Below are positions 1-13,500 of a DNA stretch of 64,000 nucleotides, one piece after another; within the stretch, counting starts at the first letter, position 1, and each line of letters starts with the position of its first letter. The notes beneath the pieces are model-generated. The model had not been told where the DNA came from, searched no databases, and saw only the letters and a list, made by a program, of their open reading frames with translations. This stretch comes from Eledone cirrhosa (taxonomy: Eukaryota). Position numbers and translations under genes: made by a program. The stretch covers positions 207,576,001 through 207,640,000 of the forward strand of contig OZ024743.1 in the NCBI GenBank assembly GCA_964016885.1. Reading direction: 5' to 3'.

Positions 1-1050
1 ACAAAGACTAAGGTCCTTGTAAGTAGACTAGAACTAGAGAAGAAATTCCAAACATGGAAGGAGGGACTAGAAAGAAAGAGTCTCAAAGTCAACCTGACAA
101 AAACTAAGGTCCTTGTAAGTAGACTAGAAAACAGAACCCAGATCCCCTCAGGGAAATGGCCTTGCTCAGTATGTAGGAAAGGTGTAGGTAGGAACTCCAT
201 TCTCTGCCCCAAATGCAAACAATGGGTACACAAGAGATGTAGTGGGATCTCCGGAACTAAGAATGTAGGCTTCACATGTAGCAGCTGCGCTGGGACAGTA
301 AGCAGCAAACAGCCACAGGAAACAACTACCACCAAACTCTGGGAGGGCTCTGTAGAAACAGTAGACAGCTTCTGTTACCTAGGTGACCGAATTAGCAGAG
401 GAGGTGGGTGTTCAGAAAATACAATACCTAGGGTAAGCACGGGATGGAAGAAGTTCAGGGAGCTACTGCCACTGCTAGCTGCAAAAGGCTTTTCCCTCAA
501 AATGAAGGCAGACAGTATGATGCGTGTATCCGAACAGCAATGTTACATGGTAGTAAGACCTGGGCGCTGTCTGTGGAAGACTTGCACAGATTAGAAAGAA
601 ATGAAGTCTGCATGTTCCGATGGATGTGTAATATTAATATACGCGAACGGCAAAGCATAAATGAATTGAGAGAGAGACTGAGCATAAGAGAAATCAAATG
701 CTGTGTGCAGGAGAGGCAGTTGCGTTGGTATGGACATGTGACGCGTATGAAGGATGGCACCTGCATAAAAAGGTGCCCCTACACCCTCCCACTGCAAAGT
801 GGTCGTGGAGGTGCCATGGCAAAAAAGCACCCAGCCCACACTGTAAAGTGGACGTGTAGGCGCCACAGAAAAAAAGCACCCAACACTCACTATAAATGAG
901 GTTGGTGTTAGGAAAGGCATCCAGCTGTAGAAATCAAGCTAGAATCAGTTCCTGTATGAGCAAGACAAGGTCAGCCGACCGGACACTGCCCACAACAGGA
1001 CCAGCTGTCTAACCCATGCTAGCGTGGAAGAATGGAGGTAAAACGGTGAT
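1..1050 (+). mobile_element. RTE-clade LINE, subfamily A, degraded 3' part (RT C-terminus + 3'UTR); runs out of the window at left
   Basis: Encodes [34 protein letters not shown] and RWYGHV. Near-identical to the reverse complement of 61131-62350. Has a ~96-bp tandem duplication at the start and a deletion of the ORF end at ~777. Confidence 0.9.
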
Positions 1051-1093
1051 ATGTACATATATATGTGTGTGTATGTATGTGCATCTATATATA

Positions 1094-1133
<40 letters not shown>

Positions 1134-1280
1134 ACATTGATAATAAAGTAGATAAACAAACAAAAAATCAAAAAATCTTTAAAAATATATTTTTGTTTTA
1201 TCGGTACAGTAGTTGCATGATAAATAACTACAACAAAACTATAAACAACAACAAATGATTGCAAAAAGCCTACAAATAAT

Positions 1281-1462
1281 TGTTTCTACTTTAGGCACAA
1301 GGCCAGCAATTACCCAGTGCATTACTGGTACTTTATTTATCGACCCCGTAAGGATGAAAGGCAAAGTCAACCTCGGCGGGATTTGAACTCAGATCGTAAA
1401 GGGACGTAATTATGCTGGAAAGCATGGCGTCCGACCCTCTACCGATACTGCCAATACACCGC
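1281..1462 (-). mobile_element. tRNA-derived SINE with 12-bp target-site duplication
   Basis: Minus strand has an A box (TGGCAGTATCGG), a B box (GTTCAAATCC) and the body GCCTTTCATCCTTACGGGGTCGATAAATAAAGTACCAG. CCTACAAATAAT occurs at 1269-1280 and 1463-1474. Confidence 0.85.
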
Positions 1463-1594
1463 CCTACAAATAATAAAACTTATTTTAAATTATTTACTTT
1501 TTCTTTTCTAGGTATATAATTTTATTTTCTGGTGCTGGAGGGGAGGTGTCTTTCATTATTCTCTGTTGTTCAGAGGAGTCTAAAAACAAATGTT

Positions 1595-2129
1595 TGTATA
1601 TGTAGGCATATACATATATACATATACATACGTACATATACACACACACATATATACACACACATATACACACACATATACACACACATACACATACTCA
1701 TACACATACACACACACACACATACACCCACATATACACACCCACATATACGCACACATACGCACACATACATATACACACATACACTCACACACACATC
1801 TACACACATATATGCACACATACACACCCATACACACACACACACCTATACACACATATACACACACAAACACACACACTTACATACACACACTTACATA
1901 CACACACATAAACAAATTTATATGCACACATACTCACACATGCATACATATACACACACATACAGACATACACACACACACACGCTTGCACACACATACA
2001 TAGTATAGTAGTTTGTGTGCATATGTGTGTGTGTGCATGTGTGTGTATATATATGTGTGTGTGTGTGCATATGTGTGTATGTGTGTATATATATGTGTGT
2101 GTGTGTGTGTATGTATGTGTGTGTATGTA

Positions 2130-2160
<31 letters not shown>

Positions 2161-2231
2161 GTGTGTGTGTGTATATACACACACACAAAAAATATATATT
2201 TTTGTCTATTCTTTCCTCACATTTATAATTT

Positions 2232-2263
<32 letters not shown>

Positions 2264-2265
2264 TG
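1595..2265. repeat. (CA/TA)n tract followed by complementary (TG/TA)n tract
   Basis: Direct reading; polarity switches at ~2005. Confidence 0.9.
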
Positions 2266-2479
2266 TCGTTTCTGAATTTGTTTAGCAAGATTCTTTATCT
2301 GAAATCGTGTGTTGAAACCGATATTGTTATACTTTGGGAGGGTCATGTTGCCAATAAGAAACACACGCACCAGTTGCTTTCACTTCAATTTAATTTAATA
2401 TATATTTATAAATTTACAAATTTATAAATTTCTGGTTGGTTGGTTGGTTCCACAACCAGATAGTTGTTTATATATATAT

Positions 2480-2524
2480 AGTCATAGTTCTTTCGTCACA
2501 CACTCTGTGACCTCTTCAGTGACT
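2480..2524 (-). ncRNA. Minimal type I hammerhead ribozyme (PLE 3' copy)
   Basis: AGUCA-CUGAAGA-G-GUCACA(GAGUG)UGUGAC-GAAA-GAAC-UA-UGACU. Stems I and II pair perfectly; stem III is very short. Confidence 0.8.
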
Positions 2525-2820
2525 GGGGATTTCTTTCTTCGTTTCTGTGCCTTTCCTTTCTTCTATCCTACGCCATTTTGTTTGTGTGTGGGTTGCGTGC
2601 TCAGTTTGCGCATGCGCCACATCCGGGTGTCTGTGTGTGTTTGTGTTCATTTTTCTATTTTTCTATTTATATTTGTTTGTTTATTTATTTATTTATTGTT
2701 GGTTGGTTGTTTGTTCTATGTGTGTGTGTGTTTTCATTTTGTCTTGTGTGTGTTTTCATTTTGTGTGTGTTTTCAATTGTAAGTTGTTTATATATGTGTG
2801 TGTGTGTTTTCATTTTGTCC

Positions 2821-5800
2821 TTAATTGTAAGTTGTGATGTTGCTGTTCCACTCATATTTTCTATTTAATTTTGGTTTTAATTCTTTTATGCTTACTGCCT
2901 CTGTAATTTGCCTAAACATTGCGTCTTTCTTGTGTGTGGATTCTATTTTTATTTCTATGCTCTCTAGTTTACCCCTGTGTTCTATCTTAGCATGTTGGTA
3001 GAGCACAGATGATTCTTTACTATCTTGGAGGTCTCGCCAGTGTTCATTTATTCGTTCCCCTATACTACGAGCTGTCTCACCTATGTACACTATATTTTTG
3101 TTTCTACATTGTCCCTCAGTACATCTTATGCTATATACTACATTTCTAGTTTTACAGTTAATATGGGGGCTTATTTTACAGGTTATACATTTCTTATCTA
3201 TACATGAGGGTCTTTGGAACGGGTATGTCTTGCTAATAAGTGTTTTTACGGAGGTACCAGGTCTTTCTACTATCTTAATATTGAGATTATGTTTCTTTAG
3301 GGCCCTTCTAAATTTGTAGGCTAGTTCACCTCTAGGGGTTGTATTGATGAACATTACACTCTGGTATTTATTGCTATCATACCATGAGTTTATTCTATTG
3401 GCCTTGTTCTTAGTTCTTTCTATTCTATTCCAAAATTTGCTCCTATACAAGGGGCAGGTCCCATTTATGTCATTATTTACCATTTTTTCCATTTGGTTCT
3501 GGCTCCTTTATACACTCTGATTCTATCTCTCTGATTGTAGCCAGAGAATTGCATACGGTGGATGAAGTGTTGTATGTGTCTCTCTAGTTCTTCGGGGTTG
3601 CACATGCGGGACACATTTCTCATCACCCGTATCAAATCCGCAATCAGTATGTTGATTTTGGTATGGTCCGAAATGGCCGAGTTTCGGTGGATCAGATGTT
3701 TGGAAGTCATGGGTTTGGCATAATGGGAATGGAGGATTTGTTTTTGGTTGTTAATAGTATCTAACCAGAGCTCTGTGTCTAGTACAGGTAATCGATGGTT
3801 GGGGTGTCTACTTGGGTAGTCTATAGTAACTCTAATGCTCTGGTGGATGGAGTTTGCTATTTGCTGGATGCTTTCCATTGTGTTTTTCTCAGGTTCCTGA
3901 CTGTTCTTTAGTGGGGGTGTCTTAACTACGATGTTTATATCATCTACGTAGCGGGAGTACATTATCAGGGTTAATCTGTCTTCTAATTGTTCTTTAAGTT
4001 TTTGTTTAAGTCTACTGTCCCACCATACCATGAACAAGTTAGCTATGTCGCCTGCAATGCTAACACCAATGGCTGCTCCTTCCTCTTGGGCATATGTTTT
4101 ACCATTAAATTTGAACATATGTTCCTTAAGGGTTAATTTTATGCTGGCCCCTACCGCATGTGCAATCATTTTCTTCAGTTCATCGTGGTTTTCGGGTGTC
4201 CGTATGGCTCTGGTCCACCCGTTCCATCTATCTGTGTGGGTTTTCTTGGCCATTGAGGTAATGGTAGGTGGTCTGCCTCTTGCTGGTCTTGTAGGGCACA
4301 GGTTGCTAAGGTCATAAGTGTCTAGGTAACTATTACTATGGGTAAGCTTAAGTAGAAGTCCCAGCTCACTGGTATCAATCCCACGGAACTCAACCTTGCT
4401 CTCGCTGATCATTTCGACGCATTTCTCCACAGCAAAATCCACGTCAATAGATGGATACAGGGACACAACATCCATACTGCCTATTATGCAGTTTGTTAGG
4501 TCCCCAGATCGGTTACCCGCGTCGATTCTGCTGAGGAGGTCCTCCGTGCTGTCACACACATCTGGGGACATCTCAATGATGGGGCGTATGATCAGGGAGA
4601 GGAAGTAGGACAGTCTGTAGTTACTAGCAATGTTAGCCCCACAGACTGGCCGTGTTGGTGGTCCCGCGACAGGGTCCCAGCCCGTTTTATGGTCTTTTCG
4701 AAGCCCATACAACGCCGGCACGTCATTGTTCCAGGCCTGGAAGTTGTTGGCAGTCCTTTTGTTGGGCTGCATTATATTTGTCCACATCACCATATGGGCA
4801 TTGAGGGTTTTTTCTCTGTCCTCATGCTCCTGTGGTGTTACCTCTCTTGTGTTAGTGATGTGGGGTTGCATTGCCTGGATGTAGTTTGGCAGGCTGTCAA
4901 CCGACATTCTGCCAGACTTGTCTGTTGGAAAGCATGCTATCTCTCCATTACGCGAGCGCTGCATGAGCTTACGCAAGCCATTTGCAGATTCTTCTCCCAG
5001 TTGCTGGGCCTCTATTCTATTATGCTTCTTGCTATACTGTTCTATAATATTTCTAAGTTCGGATTTAGCTATATTAAATTGTGCTTCTGTTTGTTCATCG
5101 ACCTGCGACGGCAACTGCGTGCGTTTGTTAAATGGCAAAGTCGTGGCGTGGACTCGTCGTAGGTCGAATGATTTATCGGAGGGGTTATAAAACGGAGAGT
5201 TCCAGGCTGCTGCTTTATGTGTACTTGCGCTATTGTTAGTTGTGTTGTTTCTATTTCCACCAACAGCAGCAGCCTCAGCTTCATGGTTGTTTCTATGTCT
5301 CTCATAATTACTCCTGTCTCTTTCCACTGGCTCAATGTTGTTATCTACCCTATTTTGTGTGTCTGTGTGTTCGTCTTGGTTATTCTCTTTGTCCTTAGTC
5401 TCCCTACTCCTTTTAATCCTATTACTTTCTCTTATTTCTCTGATTTCTGTGCTACTGTCATTACTTGTTTTCTGTGTCTGTGTGTTTAAGATTGTAGTGG
5501 TGGTGAGAGGCATTGAATGTGTGTGTGTTGTTGTTGTTGATGTGTGTTGTTGTCTCCGTGTGTGTGTGTGTTATCGTTGTTGTGTGTGTTGTTATTGTTG
5601 TTTGTGTTTGCGTGTCTGTTGTTGTTGTATCTGGGTATGTTGCTGTTGTTGTTGTTGTTGATGTGTGTGTTGTTGTTATTGTTGTCTCCGTGTGTGTTGT
5701 TATTGTTGTTTGTGTCTGCGTGTCTGTTGTATCTGGGTATGTTGCTATTGTTGGTATTGTATCTGGGTATGTTGCTATTGTTGTTGTTATTGTTGTTTGT

Positions 5801-6619
5801 GTCTGTGTGTCTGTTGTTGTTGGGATGTGTGTTGTATATGTGTGTGCGTATATTGTTGCTTTTGTTTTTGTTTTTGATGCTCCAGCGTAGTTTCGTAAAT
5901 GATTTTTCTATTTCTGACAGACAACTAATCATATTTACCTTCTTAAATGTCGCAAATTTGGGTGGCAGACTTAACACAGACATTTCATTATTATCTATTT
6001 TCGTGTTTCCATAAATGTTGACATAAATGTTGGTATTTTCATTGTTGAACTCTTCAGATAATGAGGTGTCGGCCATGTTGATACCGTCAATTTTGTCGGG
6101 ATATCTATTGGTATACTCTATAGTATCCCGATTTAGCTTTGCCTGTTTAAGCCACTTTAATTTTCTGTTAAAGTGCTTATTACATTCTTGAGTAATGTAC
6201 TGTTCTTCGGGGCGTATAAGGCTTATAAATGTTAGTTTTTCTGCTGGTGTGGTGATTTTAGATATTTCATCTATTAGGTTACGCTTTAGTTTTTCTTGAT
6301 GACTTAATTCTCTATAGATCTTCTTTTTTATGTTTAGAATTAAAGTACGTTTTAGCCTATCTGCTTGTTTTTTGGTGAGTTGTAATCTTCTAACGTCGGT
6401 ATTGATGGTGTTGGTGTAGATTCTAGAAGTGGTGCACAGTTTTATGAAGTGTAGTTGTCGAGATGTTATGGTTTTTCGTAGACAACAGAACATGGTGGTT
6501 TTCAGTATCTTGTTAGCCTGGCTAAGGCTTACGATATTTCGTTTCTGAATTTGTTTAGCAAGATTCTTTATCTGAAATCGTGTGTTGAAACCGATATTGT
6601 TATACTTTGGGAGGGTCAT
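2821..6619 (-). pseudogene. PLE polyprotein (N-terminal region, RT, Cys linker, GIY-YIG endonuclease), broken by two frameshifts
   Basis: ORFs 6643-5486, 5513-3477 and 3492-2821 join up. Motifs: LSLPPKF, PTDKSG, SMDVVSLYPSI, QEEGAAIG, RYVDD, LPVLD, CIDKKCITC, NVVYSIRC..YIGETARSIGERINEH..EAVSI..PKLN. ATG at 6619. Confidence 0.92.
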
Positions 6620-6752
6620 GTTGCCAATAAGAAACACACGCACCAGTTGCTTTCACTTCAATTTAATTTAATATATATTTATAAATTTACAAATTTATAA
6701 ATTTCTGGTTGGTTGGTTGGTTCCACAACCAGATAGTTGTTTATATATATAT

Positions 6753-6797
6753 AGTCATAGTTCTTTCGTCACACACTCTGTGACCTCTTCAGTGACT
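6753..6797 (-). ncRNA. Minimal type I hammerhead ribozyme (PLE upstream copy)
   Basis: Identical to 2480-2524; lies ~135 nt upstream of the ORF ATG. Confidence 0.8.
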
Positions 6798-7840
6798 GGG
6801 GATTTCTTTCTTCGTTTCTGTGCCTTTCCTTTCTTCTATCCTACGCCATTTTGTTTGTGTGTGGGTTGCGTGCTCAGTTTGCGCATGCGCCACATCCGGG
6901 TGTCTGTGTGTGTTTGTGTTCATTTTTCTATTTTTCTATTTATATTTGTTTGTTTATTTATTTATTTATTGTTGGTTGGTTGTTTGTTCTATGTGTGTGT
7001 GTGTTTTCATTTTGTCTTGTGTGTGTTTTCATTTTGTGTGTGTTTTCAATTGTAAGTTGTTTATATATGTGTGTGTGTGTTTTCATTTTGTCCTTAATTG
7101 TAAGTTGTGATGTTGCTGTTCCACTCATATTTTCTATTTAATTTTGGTTTTAATTCTTTTATGCTTACTGCCTCTGTAATTTGCCTAAACATTGCGTCTT
7201 TCTTGTGTGTGGATTCTATTTTTATTTCTATGCTCTCTAGTTTACCCCTGTGTTCTATCTTAGCATGTTGGTAGAGCACAGATGATTCTTTACTATCTTG
7301 GAGGTCTCGCCAGTGTTCATTTATTCGTTCCCCTATACTACGAGCTGTCTCACCTATGTACACTATATTTTTGTTTCTACATTGTCCCTCAGTACATCTT
7401 ATGCTATATACTACATTTCTAGTTTTACAGTTAATATGGGGGCTTATTTTACAGGTTATACATTTCTTATCTATACATGAGGGTCTTTGGAACGGGTATG
7501 TCTTGCTAATAAGTGTTTTTACGGAGGTACCAGGTCTTTCTACTATCTTAATATTGAGATTATGTTTCTTTAGGGCCCTTCTAAATTTGTAGGCTAGTTC
7601 ACCTCTAGGGGTTGTATTGATGAACATTACACTCTGGTATTTATTGCTATCATATCATGAGTTTATTCTATTGGCCTTGTTCTTAGTTCTTTCTATTCTA
7701 TTCCAAAATTTGCTCCTATACAAGGGGCAGGTCCCATTTATGTCATTATTTACCATTTTTTCCCATTTGGTTCTGGCTCCTTTATACACTCTGATTCTAT
7801 CTCTCTGATTGTAGCCAGAGAATTGCATACGGTGGATGAA

Positions 7841-8791
7841 GCTCTGGTTAGATACTATTAACAACCAAAAACAAATCCTCCATTCCCATTATGCCAAACC
7901 CATGACTTCCAAACATCTGATCCACCGAAACTCGGCCATTTCGGACCATACCAAAATCAACATACTGATTGCGGATTTGATACGGGTGATGAGAAATGTG
8001 TCCCGCATGTGCAACCCCGAAGAACTAGAGAGACACATACAACACTTCATCCACCGTATGCAATTCTCTGGCTACAATCAGAGAGATAGAATCAGAGTGT
8101 ATAAAGGAGCCAGAACCAAATGGAAAAAATGGTAAATAATGACATAAATGGGACCTGCCCCTTGTATAGGAGCAAATTTTGGAATAGAATAGAAAGAACT
8201 AAGAACAAGGCCAATAGAATAAACTCATGGTATGATAGCAATAAATACCAGAGTGTAATGTTCATCAATACAACCCCTAGAGGTGAACTAGCCTACAAAT
8301 TTAGAAGGGCCCTAAAGAAACATAATCTCAATATTAAGATAGTAGAAAGACCTGGTACCTCCGTAAAAACACTTATTAGCAAGACATACCCGTTCCAAAG
8401 ACCCTCATGTATAGATAAGAAATGTATAACCTGTAAAATAAGCCCCCATATTAACTGTAAAACTAGAAATGTAGTATATAGCATAAGATGTACTGAGGGA
8501 CAATGTAGAAACAAAAATATAGTGTACATAGGTGAGACAGCTCGTAGTATAGGGGAACGAATAAATGAACACTGGCGAGACCTCCAAGATAGTAAAGAAT
8601 CATCTGTGCTCTACCAACATGCTAAGATAGAACACAGGGGTAAACTAGAGAGCATAGAAATAAAAATAGAATCCACACACAAGAAAGACGCAATGTTTAG
8701 GCAAATTACAGAGGCAGTAAGCATAAAAGAATTAAAACCAAAATTAAATAGAAAATATGAGTGGAACAGCAACATCACAACTTACAATTAA
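7841..8791 (+). pseudogene. Inverted copy of PLE RT thumb + GIY-YIG region
   Basis: ORFs 7836-8135 and 8120-8791 match the minus-strand copy, including the frameshift. Confidence 0.9.
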
Positions 8792-9087
8792 GGACAAAAT
8801 GAAAACACACACACACATATATAAACAACTTACAATTGAAAACACACACAAAATGAAAACACACACAAGACAAAATGAAAACACACACACACATAGAACA
8901 AACAACCAACCAACAATAAATAAATAAATAAACAAACAAATATAAATAGAAAAATAGAAAAATGAACACAAACACACACAGACACCCGGATGTGGCGCAT
9001 GCGCAAACTGAGCACGCAACCCACACACAAACAAAATGGCGTAGGATAGAAGAAAGGAAAGGCACAGAAACGAAGAAAGAAATCCCC

Positions 9088-9132
9088 AGTCACTGAAGAG
9101 GTCACAGAGTGTGTGACGAAAGAACTATGACT
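9088..9132 (+). ncRNA. Minimal type I hammerhead ribozyme (PLE inverted copy)
   Basis: agtca CTGAAGA g gtcaca gagtg tgtgac GAAA gaac TA tgact. Confidence 0.8.
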
Positions 9133-9359
9133 ATATATATATAAACAACTATCTGGTTGTGGAACCAACCAACCAACCAGAAATTTATAAATTTGTAAAT
9201 TTATAAATATATATTAAATTAAATTGAAGTGAAAGCAACTGGTGCGTGTGTTTCTTATTGGCAACATGACCCTCCCAAAGTATAACAATATATATATATG
9301 TATATATATATATATTTGTATGCATGATTTTATAATCAAACTGTGGTTATATACATACA

Positions 9360-10500
9360 CATGTAAACCACACACACACACACACACTCACCAGCATACA
9401 TACCACTTTCACCAACACACACATATACACACACCACTCTCACCTATATACACACACCACTCTCGCCTATATACACACATATATACACACACCACTCTCA
9501 CCAACATACACCACTCTCACCAACATACACACATATATACACACACGTATACACACACCACTCTCATCTATACACACACACACACACACACGTATACACA
9601 CCACTCTCACCAACATACACACATATATACACACACGTATACACACACCACTCTCATCTATATACACACACACACGCACGTATACACACCACTCTCACCA
9701 ACATACACACATGTATACACACACGTATACACACACCACTCTCACCTATATACACACACACGCACGTATACACACCACTCTCACCAACATACACACATAT
9801 ATATATATATACACACACATATATACATATATACACACACCACTCTCACCAACATACACACATATATACACACGTATACACACACCACTCTCATCTATAT
9901 ACACACACACACACACACACACGTATACACACCACTCTCACCAACATACACACATATACACACACACATATACACACACCACCCTCATCTATATACACAC
10001 ACGTATACACACCACTCTCACCAACATACACACCTATATACACACACACACACGTATACACACCACTCTCACCAACATACACACATATATACACACACGT
10101 ATACACACACCACTCTCATCTATATACACACACACACACGTATACACACCACTCTCACCAACATACACACATATACACACACCACTCTCACCAACATACA
10201 CACATATATACACACATGTATACACACACCACTCTCACCTATATACGCACACACGTATACACACACCACTCTCACCTATATACACACACACACACGTATA
10301 CACACCACTCTCACCAACATACACACACATATATATATATATACACACACATATATACATATATACACACACCACTCTCACCAACATACACACATATATA
10401 CACACACGTATACACAAACCACTCTCACCTATATACACACACACGTATACACACCACTCTCACCAACATACACATATATATATATATATATATATATATG
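9360..10500. repeat. Compound minisatellite, core CACCACTCTCA in CA/TA spacers
   Basis: About 25 core copies. The motif reappears at 14385-14430, beyond the LINE. Confidence 0.85.
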
Positions 10501-10501
10501 T

Positions 10502-13500
10502 ATCATCATCATCATCATCATCGTTTAACGTCCATGTTCCACGCTTGCATGGGTTTGGACGGGAGTTTTCCCACTTGAGGCAAGAGTGGTTGTCTTGCTC
10601 GCATAGGACTGTCTGGCGGGTTTTCTACAGCTGGATGCCCTTCCTAACACCAACCACATTTACAGTGTGGGTCTGGGAGGTTTTTACCGTGTTGCCTACA
10701 CGGCCACATTACAGCGTGGACTTTTTTTTTTTTTTGTCGTGACACCTACACGATCTCATTTGTTTCAGCCTGAATGTTGTGGCACCAACATAACTTTACA
10801 TTGAAAGGGGCGGTGTGGATGGGGTGGGGGTGGTGGGATGGGTGGGTGTTTTGTTAGAGATGCCTACTGACTGTAGTAGGTTTTACTTCGTATTTCAGGT
10901 AAGGCGGGTCTTCTCTATTACTGAGTACCGCCAAAGATCTCGGTCCAGTGACATTGTCTTGGAGAGGTGTAAGTGTGTGAGGTCGGAATTTATCAGGTCA
11001 TCCCAGGTTTTTCTGGGTCTGCCTACTCCGTGGCTACCGTCTATCTTTATTGCCCTGCACTTTTTTATACAGCTGTCGTCTTTAATGCGCATCACGTGAC
11101 CATACCAACGTAGCCTTCTCTCGACTAAACAACATCTGATCCCTCTTATCTCTAATTTTTCCCTTAGTTCGTTTATGCTTTGCCATTCGCGTATATTACT
11201 ATTACACATTCAGCAGAGCATGCAAGCTTCGTTCCTCTCTAGTCTGCATATATCCTCTGCACACAATGCCCAGGTCTCACTGCCATGCAACATTGCTGTT
11301 CGTATGCACGCATCATACAGCCTGCCTTTCATTTTTAGGGAGAACCCTTTAGCGGCTAATAGTGGTATAAGCTCTCTGAACTTTTTCCATCCAGTTCTGA
11401 CTCTAGCTACTGTACTTTCAGAGCACCCACCCCCACTGCTGATTTTGTCACCCAGGTAACGGAAGCTGTCCACTATTTCTATAGAACCCTCTGCGCAATT
11501 GAAAGAGCTAGTATTTTGTGGGCACTTGCTGCTACTTATTGCACCAGAGCACCGGCCACATGTAAAATCTATGTTCTTAGTTAGCTTACCTGTGATCCCA
11601 CTACATCTTTTATGCACCCATACTTTGCATTTGGGACATAAAATGGAGTTTCTACCTACGCCTTTCCTACACACTGAGCATGGCCATTTCCCGGAAGGGA
11701 CCGGCGCCTTATTTTCTATCCTACAAGCTAGAACTTTAGTCTTAGCCAGGTTAATTTTAAGGCCTTTTGATTCTAGGTCGTGCTTCCATATTTGGAATTT
11801 CTTCTCTAGCTCGGCCATTGATTCAGCTATGAGCGTTAGATCATCTGCGTATAGGAGTTCCCATGGGCAGCCGGTCTTGAACTCCACTGTTATAGCCTGG
11901 AGGGCAATAATAAATAGTAGGGGGCTAAGAACGGAGCCCTGATGAACACCAACTTTTACACTAAACTCTTCACTATATTCGTTGTTAATTCTAACCTTGC
12001 TGACTGTTTCTTTATACATGGCTTGTATAGCTCTCACAAGCCATTCATCAACACCTAGTTTTCTAAGAGCCCACCAGATAATGGAATGGGGGACTCTGTC
12101 GAACGCTTTCTCCAAGTCGACAAAGGCTAAGTATAGGGTTTACTTTTAGCTAGGTACTTCTCCTGTAGTTGTCGTACAATGAAAAGAGCGTCTGTGGTAC
12201 TTTTGCCTGTCACAAACCTGAACTGCATTTCATCTAGATCAATTCTCTCTCTGATTAGTTGCACTATTACTTTTTCCGTGACCTTCATGACCTGGTCGAT
12301 TAATTTAATGCCTCTATAGTTACTCCTATCTAGGGCATCTCCTTTACCCTTGTAACAGTTAATGATGATGCTGCTACGCCAGTCCTTCGGAACAACCCCA
12401 TTCTGTATGACTTGGTTTACTATCCGGGTGACCATGGTGTGTCCCACCGTTCCAGAGGTTTTCAGCATCTCAGCAACTATTTCCGATGGCCCAGCCGCCT
12501 TACCCATCTTAATATCTTTGATTGCCTTACTTATTTTACTACCTTCAACTAACACTGCTGGTCCCTCTATTGGATCGATCTGGGGGAGACTATCCTTCTC
12601 CCATTTATTCTCATCATTTAGTAGCCTTTCGTAGTGACACTTCCAAGCTACCTTCTTATCAGCGTCAGTGATGGCAAGTATGCCATCATCATTTAGTACA
12701 CACTTCTCCCCGACAATATCACGGTTTTCCTTGGCACATTGCCTAGCAATCCTGAACACCTCACGTTTTTGGTCCTCGCGTTGTAGAACATGCTTGAACT
12801 TTCTTTCCTCTGCTTCCCTTCTTGCGAAGTACACTTGTCTCCTAGCTTCCCTCCTGGCCACTTGATAGTCTTCTCTACTTCCCCCATCCCGCCATACTTT
12901 CCAAGCCTGCTTTTTGGCCTTAATCGACTCCTCCACCTTACTGTTCCACCACCATGTTACTCTCCTCCTGCCTATAGGCCTGCTCCGGCCACAGACTTCG
13001 TCTGCCGCCATCAGCAGGTTTGCTTTCAGGAATTCCCACTGTTCCTCTATATTGTACGACTCTAAATGCTCTTCCTTACTGTCGAAAGCATCAAGTAATA
13101 TGCTTTGAAATTTATTTCTGGCTGTAGGGTCCTTTAGCTTCCATATTTTTCTCCTGAGGATAGTCCTCTTCTGCTGTTGGGTACGTCTCGTCCTGACTAT
13201 GAGGTCGCTAATTATTAGTCTATGTTGGGAGGTGCATTCTTCATTGGGGAGGGATTTGGTGTTTACAACAGACACTCTGTCACGTCTTCTGGTAAGGATA
13301 TAATCTACCTGGCTGGTATGTTCCCCTGATCTGTAGGTGATCAAGTGATTGTCTCGTTTTTTGAAGTTAGTGTTACAGATTGTTAGGTTATTTGCGTCAC
13401 AGAATTCCAGGATTCTGGAGCCTTCCTCATTTCTAGTACCAAACCCATAGCCTCCGTGGATTCCGTCATAGCCGTCACAATGTTGTCCAACGTGACCATT

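Larger units (their letters stand above)
2267..9290 (-). mobile_element. Penelope-like element (PLE): full unit + partial tandem copy (pseudo-LTR) + inverted 3' copy, inserted in (TA)n
   Basis: 2267-~3565 is repeated at 6540-~7840 (offset 4273). 7841-9290 is the reverse complement of ~2322-3770. PLE RT and GIY-YIG motifs are present, and (TA)n flanks both ends. Confidence 0.95.

Noticed and set aside
7653-7657. TGA in the PLE as a possible selenocysteine codon
   Set aside because: It replaces Trp, occurs in one of three copies, and no SECIS-like stem is evident.
9360-10500. CRISPR-like repeat-spacer pattern
   Set aside because: Spacers are microsatellite, the context is eukaryotic, and there are no cas genes.
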